From the IMG/VR virus record IMGVR_UViG_3300042305_002088, positions 39,279-103,278 of that record: 64,000 nucleotides of DNA; one strand, written 5' to 3'. The notes beneath the pieces are model-generated. The model did no database searches. It had not been told where the DNA came from and saw nothing but the letters and a program-made list of their open reading frames with translations. The DNA is from a virus. The position numbers and the translations under genes are program-made. How positions within the stretch are numbered: position 1 is the stretch's first letter; each line of letters starts with the position of its first letter. This document shows positions 38,985 to 48,589 of this stretch, in pieces.

Positions 38985-41900
38985 GTGAGTACCATTAACC
39001 AACAGCTAGATCGTTACGCTAGACCACAGCTTATATCTACTGATAAAAATGATATACAGTCACCGTTTTCGTTTCGTTCTTGGTATCAAGCCCATCGAGG
39101 TATTATACCTGGTCAAGAGTATAAGCAATATAATGATTACCTCCTACAATGGTATAAAGATAAAAACGCTCAAACTGTTGATTTTAAAACACAGTTGCGC
39201 ATTAACTATCTAACTTTATTAAGACAAGTACAATTATTCTTTACAAAAGAAGAGGCTGATAATTGGTATAATAATATTGATCTTAATAATGACAAAGAGC
39301 TTTTACTTTCTATACCTTATTTTGCAAAAAAATTAAAAGATATTTCTTTATATTATTTACAGCTCCGGGAAAACATCAAACACTCTCGGTTACTATATAA
39401 TCAAACAGGCACAGAATCAGGCATCCTACTCCAGCTACAAAAGTTTCTTTTAAATAATTACACCCAAAAACCTGATACAACAATATCTATACCTCCAACT
39501 ATCTGGAAAAACGTACCCGCTTTAAGCTCCATTAAAGACACTATTACTCTTCAAGTTGAAGACTTATACGACTTTCATGACTATTACGACCAAACAACTG
39601 ACGTTCCAGTTTCTGCATACTACGATTTAACAAATGCTGATTTACAAAACTTTTTAACTAGTAAGAATCTTACTTTAACTTCTTCAGAATGGATATACCG
39701 TTTAGGCACTTACTCAGTTTCAGGAGATTTAACTCCGAGAGATAGTGCTTTACCAGAAGTTCCGCTGTTAAGTGATATAGTACAAAAATATATCGGACAA
39801 GATTTATATACTGCTCTAGCACCTGTTTTAAGTGCACAAAAAGACTTTTATGTTATGCCAATAGAAGTCGGCAACAACTTCTTCTATTGGCCGTATGGCC
39901 CGTATGTGAGTAGTGATTTTAACCCTAAGCGCTACACCTCTGTTGCGTTAAGCTCTGTTGGTTTAGAAACTTTAGCTACAGGGGGTTCGAGTATTGAACT
40001 TGCTGATACAATCTTTGTAAAAACTAAAAAAGGTGTACAGGGCGCCTGGTTGCACAATATACCTTATAGCCGTCAAGAGAAAACAATGGAAGCAATTATA
40101 CCTGCTTCTAAAAAAATTAAATTTAAATTTCCGTTCCCAGGTTACGGCTTATCAGGTGATGACTTTGAATGGACAGGTCCTGGCCTTGTTACTGATAATA
40201 GATTCTTTTACCTTGAAGACAAGTATAAACAAGCAGTAGAACAAACATACTGGTCAACCACTTACGGTTTAACCTCTATCAATCAAATATCAATTAACGA
40301 TACAAATTTAATTGATAACAAAGCATATGCAAGTAGATCTTACGACCTAGCCGATAAAGTTCGCTATTGGACCGAACCTCCTGCCTATAATGAACCTAGC
40401 TATATAGGGGAGGTTAAAGAGGCTTGGTTGTATCGCATGAATACAACTGATATCTCTATTGCCCCTGGAGACAATGTAGTTTATTGGCCATTTGAAAAAA
40501 TATCATCTAGTGATTCTTTCCCTACATACTTTCCTACTGATGTAACTAATTTCTGTACCTCAATACCCGTTTCAAATGTTAAATTACCTTTTGCAACAGC
40601 AGGTAAAGCTTTAACTGCTGGTGCTGATATGATTTTTAAAATTCGTAATTACCAAGACTCTAAAGACGATGCTATTGAATGCTGCTGGTTATCCGGCCAA
40701 GATTCTTTTTACCCTAAATATAGCACCCTCGCTACAAAACAACCGGGTCTAAATTTACTTTTACAGCCTGGTGAATTTACAAGATTTGTTTGGGACGGAG
40801 GGGATAACGTAAGTGTTGATAGTGTATTTGGTAACTTTAAACATCAGCCAGATTGTGAGTTTTCTACAAACCCTGACCTCACCTACAAAGATCATGAAAA
40901 GTGTTCTTGTCGTCAAGTGTTGTTTGCTCCATTTGGCCACCCTAATGACAACTACACAGATAAAACATTTTTAGCAGATTTCATAGCAGAAGATACGTTT
41001 ACACCACGGTCAATTAATATTGACTCAACATATTTTAACAACAGTAAAACATATTGCTGGTATCAAACAAATTCAAAAATAGGCTGGGGGGACGGTAAAT
41101 GGGTTTCAAAAAATAACGCTTTATATAACCGTTTTAACCTTAAAAAAGGTCAGGCATATATTTACTACCGTGCTAACGAAAAAATCGATAGTGAAACCAC
41201 TAACAGTTTACCTGAACTTGTTATTCGCTATCCGTACTCTCAATATGAATCTGAATATAATAAATCTTTAGTTTGGTTAAAAGCAGTTAAAGATGAAAAT
41301 GATAACTGGGTGTCCACGAATGAGCGTTCCAGGATGGTTTTATTCCCGGGAGACACTCTCATTTACAGTAAATTCGATACTGCCACCTATAACCTCTCAA
41401 CAAATGTAATTGCTACTAGAACAGTAACGGAGAACAGAGGAAGCATATGGTCTAATTACGATTATGTAACTATTAATAACTCTCTAAATGAAGTAGTAGT
41501 TGCTCCACCGGTTACTTTTTATCCTGGTATTTCTACTCTTAATCAAGGTGATCCATATAAGCAATATGTTAATCTACAGCCACCCACTTTACAGAGAGTT
41601 GTTCAGTGGATAATTACTAGCCCTGACAACAGAATAAGTCGCCTCACAAACGGTGAACCGATTATCACTTTTACACCTACCCTCACTGGTTTATACACAA
41701 TCGGGTTGACAGCTTTAACTGCGCAATCTGTTGTACTATCTGGAACAGTTCCAATATCGATTTATCAGTTTACTTCAGCGTTTAACGCTTCAACAGAAAC
41801 AGCACGTATATCAACAATCCAAGGTTACGCTTTTATTAACACGATACCACCTATAACAGCTATTTCAGAAAAATACAACACAATATCCTTAACAAGTATT

Positions 41901-44063
41901 CAAATACCTCAAGTAGGTTTTGCAATGAATACACCTCTAGAGGGTTGGGATTATAACCGCAGTATATATAGTCCTTATACAGCTTCTGAAAATAGAGGTG
42001 CACGGCCCTATTGGGCTATAACCGGGGTAGTTAAAAATGAGTTTACTAGTTTTAAGGGTATTGAATCCTGGGGACAAGCTTTAAGACTAACAGATAGACA
42101 TAATGTAATTTCTCAGCCATTATTCTCAGATATTATTTTTAACATTGGTAATTACATTGAATACATACGTAACTATCCAGTAGAGATGACTTGGATCCAG
42201 CCGGTTACACTATTTTACCCTATTAATCAAAATATATGGTCAACTTTAAACTTTAATACAACTGCGATTTCTAATTTTGCAAACTTCCTTAAAAACACTC
42301 AAAATCAACTTGTAGTAAATACTACTACTGATCCATCACCTATAATGCTTACAAATGTAGTTGAGGACGAACCAGTTGAAGTTTATTACAATGCTCTCAG
42401 TTCATTTACTTGGCCAATAACTGCTGAATCAGAAATTCTTATAACAACTTACTCTGAACCCTCTGTTAGTTTAGGTGTTAAAGCCGCTAGACCTTGGAGC
42501 AATTTATTAAACCAATTTAACCCAACGGTAGCAGCGTTTCCAGCTTTTGAAGATTTATACAGTGTAACAGATACAGGCGGATTCTTTACACCTAACAATC
42601 TTGGTATTTCAGTTTATACCGACAAAGATTATACAGCAGAATATAATCTTTCTTCAACAGCTTATTCAGGTTATTTTGAAGATGTTAAAAAACATGTTGG
42701 TGGTCGAGGGTTGTCAAAGACGGATAACCCTACACCTTATAAAATCACCGAAGAAAATAATATATGGCTTAAAGAATCCTTATTATCGGGGCCTATTGCA
42801 GGTAGTGTAAATAAACAAGTATTTAAAAAGTTTCAAAAGTTTATTCCGTATCAATCTGGCTACGAATCTAACCCACGCTTAAGAGTTGGGTTAATTTCAC
42901 CAGCCTCAATACAAACACCTTGGACCGGAAAAGAAGATTCTGAATGGGGCGATCTAGCCAATTACCCAAAAACATATACTGGAGAAGTAGACGTATCTAA
43001 ATGGGCTGACTCCCAAATTCTTAAACAAAATAAACTAGAAGTTGACAACTGGGTTACAGATATCTTTGGTAACCAGTACGGTTTGTATAAAAATCTCGAT
43101 GGTACTTTACCTAACGACCGTAAAAACATATCTGGGGAAATTTGGGTTCGTAAAAATTCTCAATATACATCTCCTGCTAAAATTGCTCTAGAAAACGTTT
43201 TTGATACATATAAAACAATTCCTCTTTACAATGAGTTAACCGGTATAGGAATTAAAAAAATTGACATGTTCTTTGATACGCTGTATGTTGAAACTACGGG
43301 TCTAGTTCTTTTTGAAAAAATAAATTACGATTATGATAATGATGTTGTGTTTAGTTTAGCAGATGAAGCACGTTACATTTCATTACCACTTCCAGTAACT
43401 ACAAATATTAGTAGAGAGCTTACATCAACAAACCTGCCAACTAATATTGCTAAAGTTGGTGAAACTTGGTTTTTCCCTAACGAGAAAAAAGTTATAATAA
43501 GTGTTTGTGGTTTAGAAAATAATATACTCACCCCAGAGCTATATGCTTTAGACACCAATCTTTTGAATCTTACAAAGGTATTCCCTGTATTAGAAAGTGA
43601 TAAAATTTTAGTTAACGAGCTTTCAGGTCTGAATACATCATCTATTAACTCTCCAGTTTTAACGCATAATACTCTTAAAAAAGAATTTATATTAACCTTA
43701 CAAGCCGGTACAAACATTATTGAGTTTAATATTAGAGACTTACCTGTATTAGAGCTAACTAATATCACTGTATATCAGTCAACAGTACAAACAGATAGTC
43801 AAATACCACCTTATATTTCACAAAATCTAACTATTACTACTACAACAAATACTTCTTTTGAGTTTGAATGTAGTACTGTAAACAGCTCTACTACATTTAT
43901 ATCTACGTCAACCCCTACATGGGTTAACTTGAATCAAATAAACAGTAACACATGTAAGTTTATAGGAACTGCGCCAAATACAACAGGAACATATTTTGTA
44001 GAATTTTATGTAGAAAACAGTGTAGGTAAGACTTATTACACTTTAAGTATTATAGTGCAATGA
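38985..44063 (+). CDS. Very large virion structural protein (baseplate region)
   Basis: 1692 aa, Thr/Ser/aromatic-rich, 'WVTDIFGNQYGLYK', Ig-like C-terminus, TAAATA 6 nt upstream. Confidence 0.6.
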   Translation: MSTINQQLDRYARPQLISTDKNDIQSPFSFRSWYQAHRGIIPGQEYKQYNDYLLQWYKDKNAQTVDFKTQLRINYLTLLRQVQLFFTKEEADNWYNNIDLNNDKELLLSIPYFAKKLKDISLYYLQLRENIKHSRLLYNQTGTESGILLQLQKFLLNNYTQKPDTTISIPPTIWKNVPALSSIKDTITLQVEDLYDFHDYYDQTTDVPVSAYYDLTNADLQNFLTSKNLTLTSSEWIYRLGTYSVSGDLTPRDSALPEVPLLSDIVQKYIGQDLYTALAPVLSAQKDFYVMPIEVGNNFFYWPYGPYVSSDFNPKRYTSVALSSVGLETLATGGSSIELADTIFVKTKKGVQGAWLHNIPYSRQEKTMEAIIPASKKIKFKFPFPGYGLSGDDFEWTGPGLVTDNRFFYLEDKYKQAVEQTYWSTTYGLTSINQISINDTNLIDNKAYASRSYDLADKVRYWTEPPAYNEPSYIGEVKEAWLYRMNTTDISIAPGDNVVYWPFEKISSSDSFPTYFPTDVTNFCTSIPVSNVKLPFATAGKALTAGADMIFKIRNYQDSKDDAIECCWLSGQDSFYPKYSTLATKQPGLNLLLQPGEFTRFVWDGGDNVSVDSVFGNFKHQPDCEFSTNPDLTYKDHEKCSCRQVLFAPFGHPNDNYTDKTFLADFIAEDTFTPRSINIDSTYFNNSKTYCWYQTNSKIGWGDGKWVSKNNALYNRFNLKKGQAYIYYRANEKIDSETTNSLPELVIRYPYSQYESEYNKSLVWLKAVKDENDNWVSTNERSRMVLFPGDTLIYSKFDTATYNLSTNVIATRTVTENRGSIWSNYDYVTINNSLNEVVVAPPVTFYPGISTLNQGDPYKQYVNLQPPTLQRVVQWIITSPDNRISRLTNGEPIITFTPTLTGLYTIGLTALTAQSVVLSGTVPISIYQFTSAFNASTETARISTIQGYAFINTIPPITAISEKYNTISLTSIQIPQVGFAMNTPLEGWDYNRSIYSPYTASENRGARPYWAITGVVKNEFTSFKGIESWGQALRLTDRHNVISQPLFSDIIFNIGNYIEYIRNYPVEMTWIQPVTLFYPINQNIWSTLNFNTTAISNFANFLKNTQNQLVVNTTTDPSPIMLTNVVEDEPVEVYYNALSSFTWPITAESEILITTYSEPSVSLGVKAARPWSNLLNQFNPTVAAFPAFEDLYSVTDTGGFFTPNNLGISVYTDKDYTAEYNLSSTAYSGYFEDVKKHVGGRGLSKTDNPTPYKITEENNIWLKESLLSGPIAGSVNKQVFKKFQKFIPYQSGYESNPRLRVGLISPASIQTPWTGKEDSEWGDLANYPKTYTGEVDVSKWADSQILKQNKLEVDNWVTDIFGNQYGLYKNLDGTLPNDRKNISGEIWVRKNSQYTSPAKIALENVFDTYKTIPLYNELTGIGIKKIDMFFDTLYVETTGLVLFEKINYDYDNDVVFSLADEARYISLPLPVTTNISRELTSTNLPTNIAKVGETWFFPNEKKVIISVCGLENNILTPELYALDTNLLNLTKVFPVLESDKILVNELSGLNTSSINSPVLTHNTLKKEFILTLQAGTNIIEFNIRDLPVLELTNITVYQSTVQTDSQIPPYISQNLTITTTTNTSFEFECSTVNSSTTFISTSTPTWVNLNQINSNTCKFIGTAPNTTGTYFVEFYVENSVGKTYYTLSIIVQ

Positions 44064-45598
44064 AAGCTGATTTTTCAATATATACAGGTGTAACCGTGCC
44101 GTCCAATTATTCTTGGGATAAAGGAGAGCCTCTAGACGGTTCTGTTGCAACAACTACCTCAGCATATAACACTCAAACATATATTTCAGGTTATGCTCCA
44201 GGACTTAAGGTTTCATTTTTTAATGAATCTATAGAAGAATTAAATTATAATTTAATAGATTATAATTGGAATTTCGGGGATTACTATAATGATGAAAATA
44301 ACACTGTTGCGTTATCATGTCTATCTTATATAGAACATACATATATAATGCCAGGTAAATACACTGTATCAATGACAATGACTCAGGCTCAAAATGAGGA
44401 AGATAAACAACCCGATCTTATTGACCCGAATGATTTAATTTGTAGAGGTAAGGGCGGTATTAGATGGTTCTGGGATGCATTAAGTGCCACTGATTGTATT
44501 ACCTGGGATGGAGCTGAGTGTCAAATTTATGGTAATTTAGTACCTCCTAACTCTGCATATGATAAGTGGTGGGATGACGAGTTAAAATGTATACAAAAAT
44601 ATTGTAAGCTATGGTCTTGGGAAGCTTTAAAGAAGGGTTATACCTTTTATTCTCCGCAAATTGAACCTGATAAGCCAGTCACGGATAACCCTGTAACCTG
44701 GAAAGAGACAAAATACAATCAAGCTTTTGAGAAAAAATGGATGTATGAAGCACTTGGTAAAGCGTGTAGAATTGATATTATTGATGTACCTACAGCATTT
44801 GTACAAACCGTTACAAAACCTTTTGTTGTTGAAGTATTTGAGCTACCACCAACAGCCGGTTTAACCTGTATTACACACCCTGTTACAGGCTACTCACCAT
44901 TTACTGTTAGACTTTCCCCGTCTGCATGTTTGCCTGGGTCGTTCCCGATTGACCGTCTTGACTGGGACTTCGGAGATGGTTCACCAATTAAAACAGTATC
45001 CCGCTATACACCTTTAACTAGTGACCCAGAAGTTATAAACACTAATACGTTTTTTGACGATAGAGACGATGTCCGTAATTTTGATATCATACATACATAT
45101 ATAGTTAATAAGAATACATATCCGGTATTTTATCCTTCTTTAACCTGCTATAGTGCAAATACAGACACATCTGATGCATGTAGTACTGTAGTTGGCCCTG
45201 TTCTATTAGAACCTGTACCTCAAGATATACAACTCATTAAATCTAAAGATACTCTTAAGGGCACAGTATACGCCTTTAATGTTGATAAAAATTTAATGTT
45301 TACAACAACTAATATTATTACTTCTGATAGTACAACTATTGTTGCAAATAAGCCATCTGCACCAAATAAAAACTCCTACAATACCCCCCTTGGTGGCCGT
45401 AGTGGTTTTACTGCAGTTTCAGGTGTAGGTGCAAATAGTGTACCTATTTACCCAAAATATGTTACACCTTCATGCTTACTTACGGCTGTTACTTACAAAC
45501 GTATAGTTACTGAAGATAATAATATGCCTCCACCAGCTGAAAATTTACCTAATACCCCTATTAACACTGAACTGAATAGTTTCGATATTATTCCATAA
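44060..45598 (+). CDS. PKD-domain virion protein with Cys/Trp repeats
   Basis: PKD motifs 'YNWNFGD...HTYIMPGKYTVSM' and 'LDWDFGDGS'. Confidence 0.65.
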   Translation: MKADFSIYTGVTVPSNYSWDKGEPLDGSVATTTSAYNTQTYISGYAPGLKVSFFNESIEELNYNLIDYNWNFGDYYNDENNTVALSCLSYIEHTYIMPGKYTVSMTMTQAQNEEDKQPDLIDPNDLICRGKGGIRWFWDALSATDCITWDGAECQIYGNLVPPNSAYDKWWDDELKCIQKYCKLWSWEALKKGYTFYSPQIEPDKPVTDNPVTWKETKYNQAFEKKWMYEALGKACRIDIIDVPTAFVQTVTKPFVVEVFELPPTAGLTCITHPVTGYSPFTVRLSPSACLPGSFPIDRLDWDFGDGSPIKTVSRYTPLTSDPEVINTNTFFDDRDDVRNFDIIHTYIVNKNTYPVFYPSLTCYSANTDTSDACSTVVGPVLLEPVPQDIQLIKSKDTLKGTVYAFNVDKNLMFTTTNIITSDSTTIVANKPSAPNKNSYNTPLGGRSGFTAVSGVGANSVPIYPKYVTPSCLLTAVTYKRIVTEDNNMPPPAENLPNTPINTELNSFDIIP

Positions 45599-45607
45599 AT
45601 ATAGTAT

Positions 45608-47266
45608 ATGGCAGGTATTAAAATTTCTCAATTAGAAGACGGAGGTAATATAAATTCTTCAGACTACTTCCCTGTAGCAAGAGGTACAAGTACAACTTAT
45701 AAAATACCTGCCAATAAGATAGCAACAGATGGTCAAAATTTAGGAAACGGGGTTGGCGTGTTTCATAGTAAAGATACCGGTAATAGCACTACCTTACAGT
45801 TTCGTTCTCTATCAGGTACTGATGAGAGTTTATCAATCACTCAAGTTGGCAGCACTATTGTAATTAATACTTCAGCACAAAATCCTTTAAAGTATAGATA
45901 TACCGGTAACGGAGCAAATACTTCATTTGCTGTAGGCGGTAACTTATCTCGTAATATTAATAACTATAGAGTTGATATTGATGGGGTATTACAAGAGCCT
46001 GGCGCTGACTATAATATAGTAGGATCTAATATTGTATTTACTGATGCACCACCTCTATCAAGTAAAGTAGTTATTGTTACAAACAATCTTCTTAAAGCAG
46101 TTGATCTCAATCTCAATACTACAAACTCTGATACAATTAATTTATCAATACAAAATACTACTTTATCAGCAGATATAAGAAGTAATTCTGTTGGTATTGT
46201 ACAATTGTCGGCAGGTGCTGTTCCTACAAAACTTGGTAGTGAAATTGGTGCTTTTAGTTTTAGAAATAAGATTATTAATGGTAATATGGCTATTAGTCAA
46301 AGGGGTATCTCTTTTTCAATACCATCTTTAACACCAAATATATATACACTAGATAGATGGACTGCTTATAATGCTACAACAACAGGCGCCTTTACGGTTT
46401 CAAGTTTTAGTCTTGGATTACAAGATGTTAATCCTATTAATGATGGTTCCCGTTATGCACTGAGAGTTGTTGTTAATACTGCAGATACATCCCTAAGCGG
46501 TACAGAACATGTAAGCTTAGTACAGTTTATTGAAGGTAACAATATACATAACTTATTATACAAAACATTCACATTATCTTTTTGGGTTCAATCATCAAAA
46601 CCTGGTACATATAGTGTTTCTTTTAGAAATGGAGACACTGTCGCTCTTAATATAGATAGAAGCTATGTTTCACAATATACTATTAATGCTGCTAATACTT
46701 GGGAATACAAGACAGTAACTGTTGTTGGAGGAATTGATCCTACTGTTGGTTCGAGTTGGAACCTCAATGAAAAAGCTGGTCTACATGTACTTTTTACTTT
46801 AGCTAACGCTACAACTTATAGAACATCAACACTCAATCAATGGCAAAATGGTAATTTTATTGCCGGTAGCTCTCAAACAAACATTATGGATGCTATCAAT
46901 AATGAATTTTATATTACGGGAGTTCAACTTGAAGAAGGCCCCTATGCAACACCTTTTGAACAAAGACCTATCGGGACCGAGTTAGCTTTATGTCAAAGAT
47001 ATTTTCAGTATTATCCGGGTAATAATACTAACGCTGGTTATACTACCTCTGGTACCGCTCAAGTAGTTACAACATTTTTACCCGTACCAATGAGAACTTC
47101 ACCGGTAATTAATTTTACCCCTCTAAATGTTGTAAATGCTACATTAGCTTATTTTGATGACGGAGGATCAAATGATAGAGTATTTTTTGGTGTATTTTCT
47201 ACATCCTCTACAGGAGGGGTATTTCAATATACTGCTCAAAACGCTTCTTTTAATGCTGAGTTATAA
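45608..47266 (+). CDS. Tail fibre protein
   Basis: 'KISQL' N-terminus, 'FRNKIINGNMAISQRG...DRW', 'ITGVQLEEG..ATPFEQRPIGTELALCQRYF'. Followed by a chaperone gene. Confidence 0.85.
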   Translation: MAGIKISQLEDGGNINSSDYFPVARGTSTTYKIPANKIATDGQNLGNGVGVFHSKDTGNSTTLQFRSLSGTDESLSITQVGSTIVINTSAQNPLKYRYTGNGANTSFAVGGNLSRNINNYRVDIDGVLQEPGADYNIVGSNIVFTDAPPLSSKVVIVTNNLLKAVDLNLNTTNSDTINLSIQNTTLSADIRSNSVGIVQLSAGAVPTKLGSEIGAFSFRNKIINGNMAISQRGISFSIPSLTPNIYTLDRWTAYNATTTGAFTVSSFSLGLQDVNPINDGSRYALRVVVNTADTSLSGTEHVSLVQFIEGNNIHNLLYKTFTLSFWVQSSKPGTYSVSFRNGDTVALNIDRSYVSQYTINAANTWEYKTVTVVGGIDPTVGSSWNLNEKAGLHVLFTLANATTYRTSTLNQWQNGNFIAGSSQTNIMDAINNEFYITGVQLEEGPYATPFEQRPIGTELALCQRYFQYYPGNNTNAGYTTSGTAQVVTTFLPVPMRTSPVINFTPLNVVNATLAYFDDGGSNDRVFFGVFSTSSTGGVFQYTAQNASFNAEL

Positions 47267-47267
47267 T

Positions 47268-47618
47268 ATGAAAATATATATTAAAAATAATGAAAGAAAT
47301 ACTTTAACTACTACTAATGAAAATGGTTCAATTACTATTGTACCTATTAATAGTGCAAGTGAGGTATACTTAAATATTTTAAAAGATATTGAGGATAAAA
47401 AAGCAGAAATTATACCTTATGTAGCATCTGCTCCTACCTGGGAACAAATTAGACAACAACGAAATCAATTACTAACAGAGTCTGATTGGATAACATTAAC
47501 AGACGCGACACCTAAACCAAACAAAGAAGCTTGGTTAACCTATCGCCAGGCTCTGCGCGATATAACTAAAACATATTCAAAACCAGAAGACGTCATTTGG
47601 CCAACAAAGCCGCAGTAA
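47268..47618 (+). CDS. Tail fibre assembly chaperone
   Basis: 'WEQIRQQRNQLLTESDW...WLTYRQALRDIT...VIWPTKP'. Start placed at ATG 47268. Confidence 0.88.
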   Translation: MKIYIKNNERNTLTTTNENGSITIVPINSASEVYLNILKDIEDKKAEIIPYVASAPTWEQIRQQRNQLLTESDWITLTDATPKPNKEAWLTYRQALRDITKTYSKPEDVIWPTKPQ

Positions 47619-47661
47619 TCTTCTTTATAGCTCCTAATTTAAACGATAAATAATACTAGTA

Positions 47662-48588
47662 ATGGCTAGTATCGTCTATAAATCCTTATCTGCTCTATCT
47701 CCTATTGAGTTAAAGTATAACTATTACAGAGATGAAGAATTGCAGTCTTCTTTACAGACCTATGCAGATGGTCGTAGTTTTTATAAAATAGACGGTTTAA
47801 CAAATTATCAAGATTTAGCTATTAACCGAGAGTCCTGTTTTGTATTAACCACAGCGGTTAATTTAAGCTCCATTTTTACTCCAACTAAAGATGTAACTTT
47901 AGGAGAGCTACCTGCTTCTATCGCTCTACAGCCTAGAAATTCTTTAGTTTATTTTATAGATTATGATGAAATAGCAGACAACTTTACTTTAGCTTTAACA
48001 TCAAGTTCTATTTTATTTGTTAAACCAATACCTGAAACAGGAGAAATAGAACTAAAATTAGATGGTAAATTTCTTCAAGTACAAAAAGAATACCCGTATG
48101 AGGTTAATTTAAATTTACGCTCTTTAGATCCTGAAGATATAAACCGTCAAAGATTTAAGATTGTTTATCAAGGCGGGCTAATAACTATAAGAACTCGAAC
48201 AGATGAAGGATATCGCTATCTTGCTCTCGGTAATGATTATATTCTTCGAGCTACAGGGCTTATTTTAAATAATTCAGTTGTTAATGATTATGTTTTTAAA
48301 TGTGTGCCAGTTACTGATGACATATTAAAGCGTGGCTTTATTTCTGCTAACACTTGGGCAACATACTATTTCGATATTGAGTCAGGTGTAAATAACAAAA
48401 ACGTTAAAATAAACAAAGATATTACCCCAGTCCAAACTAACCTATTGATAGACTTTCCTGCAGAAAAAGCTGCTGAAACAGGGATTGCCCATATTAATGC
48501 AGCAAATCTTAAAACTGCTGTTACACCTTCTGGTGGCCCTGCTCCAATAGAAAACGCATATACAAAAGAAGTTATAACCACAAATTAA
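47662..48588 (+). CDS. Hypothetical virion protein
   Basis: 308 aa, beta-rich, late box upstream, structural cluster. Confidence 0.55.
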   Translation: MASIVYKSLSALSPIELKYNYYRDEELQSSLQTYADGRSFYKIDGLTNYQDLAINRESCFVLTTAVNLSSIFTPTKDVTLGELPASIALQPRNSLVYFIDYDEIADNFTLALTSSSILFVKPIPETGEIELKLDGKFLQVQKEYPYEVNLNLRSLDPEDINRQRFKIVYQGGLITIRTRTDEGYRYLALGNDYILRATGLILNNSVVNDYVFKCVPVTDDILKRGFISANTWATYYFDIESGVNNKNVKINKDITPVQTNLLIDFPAEKAAETGIAHINAANLKTAVTPSGGPAPIENAYTKEVITTN

Positions 48589-48589
48589 T

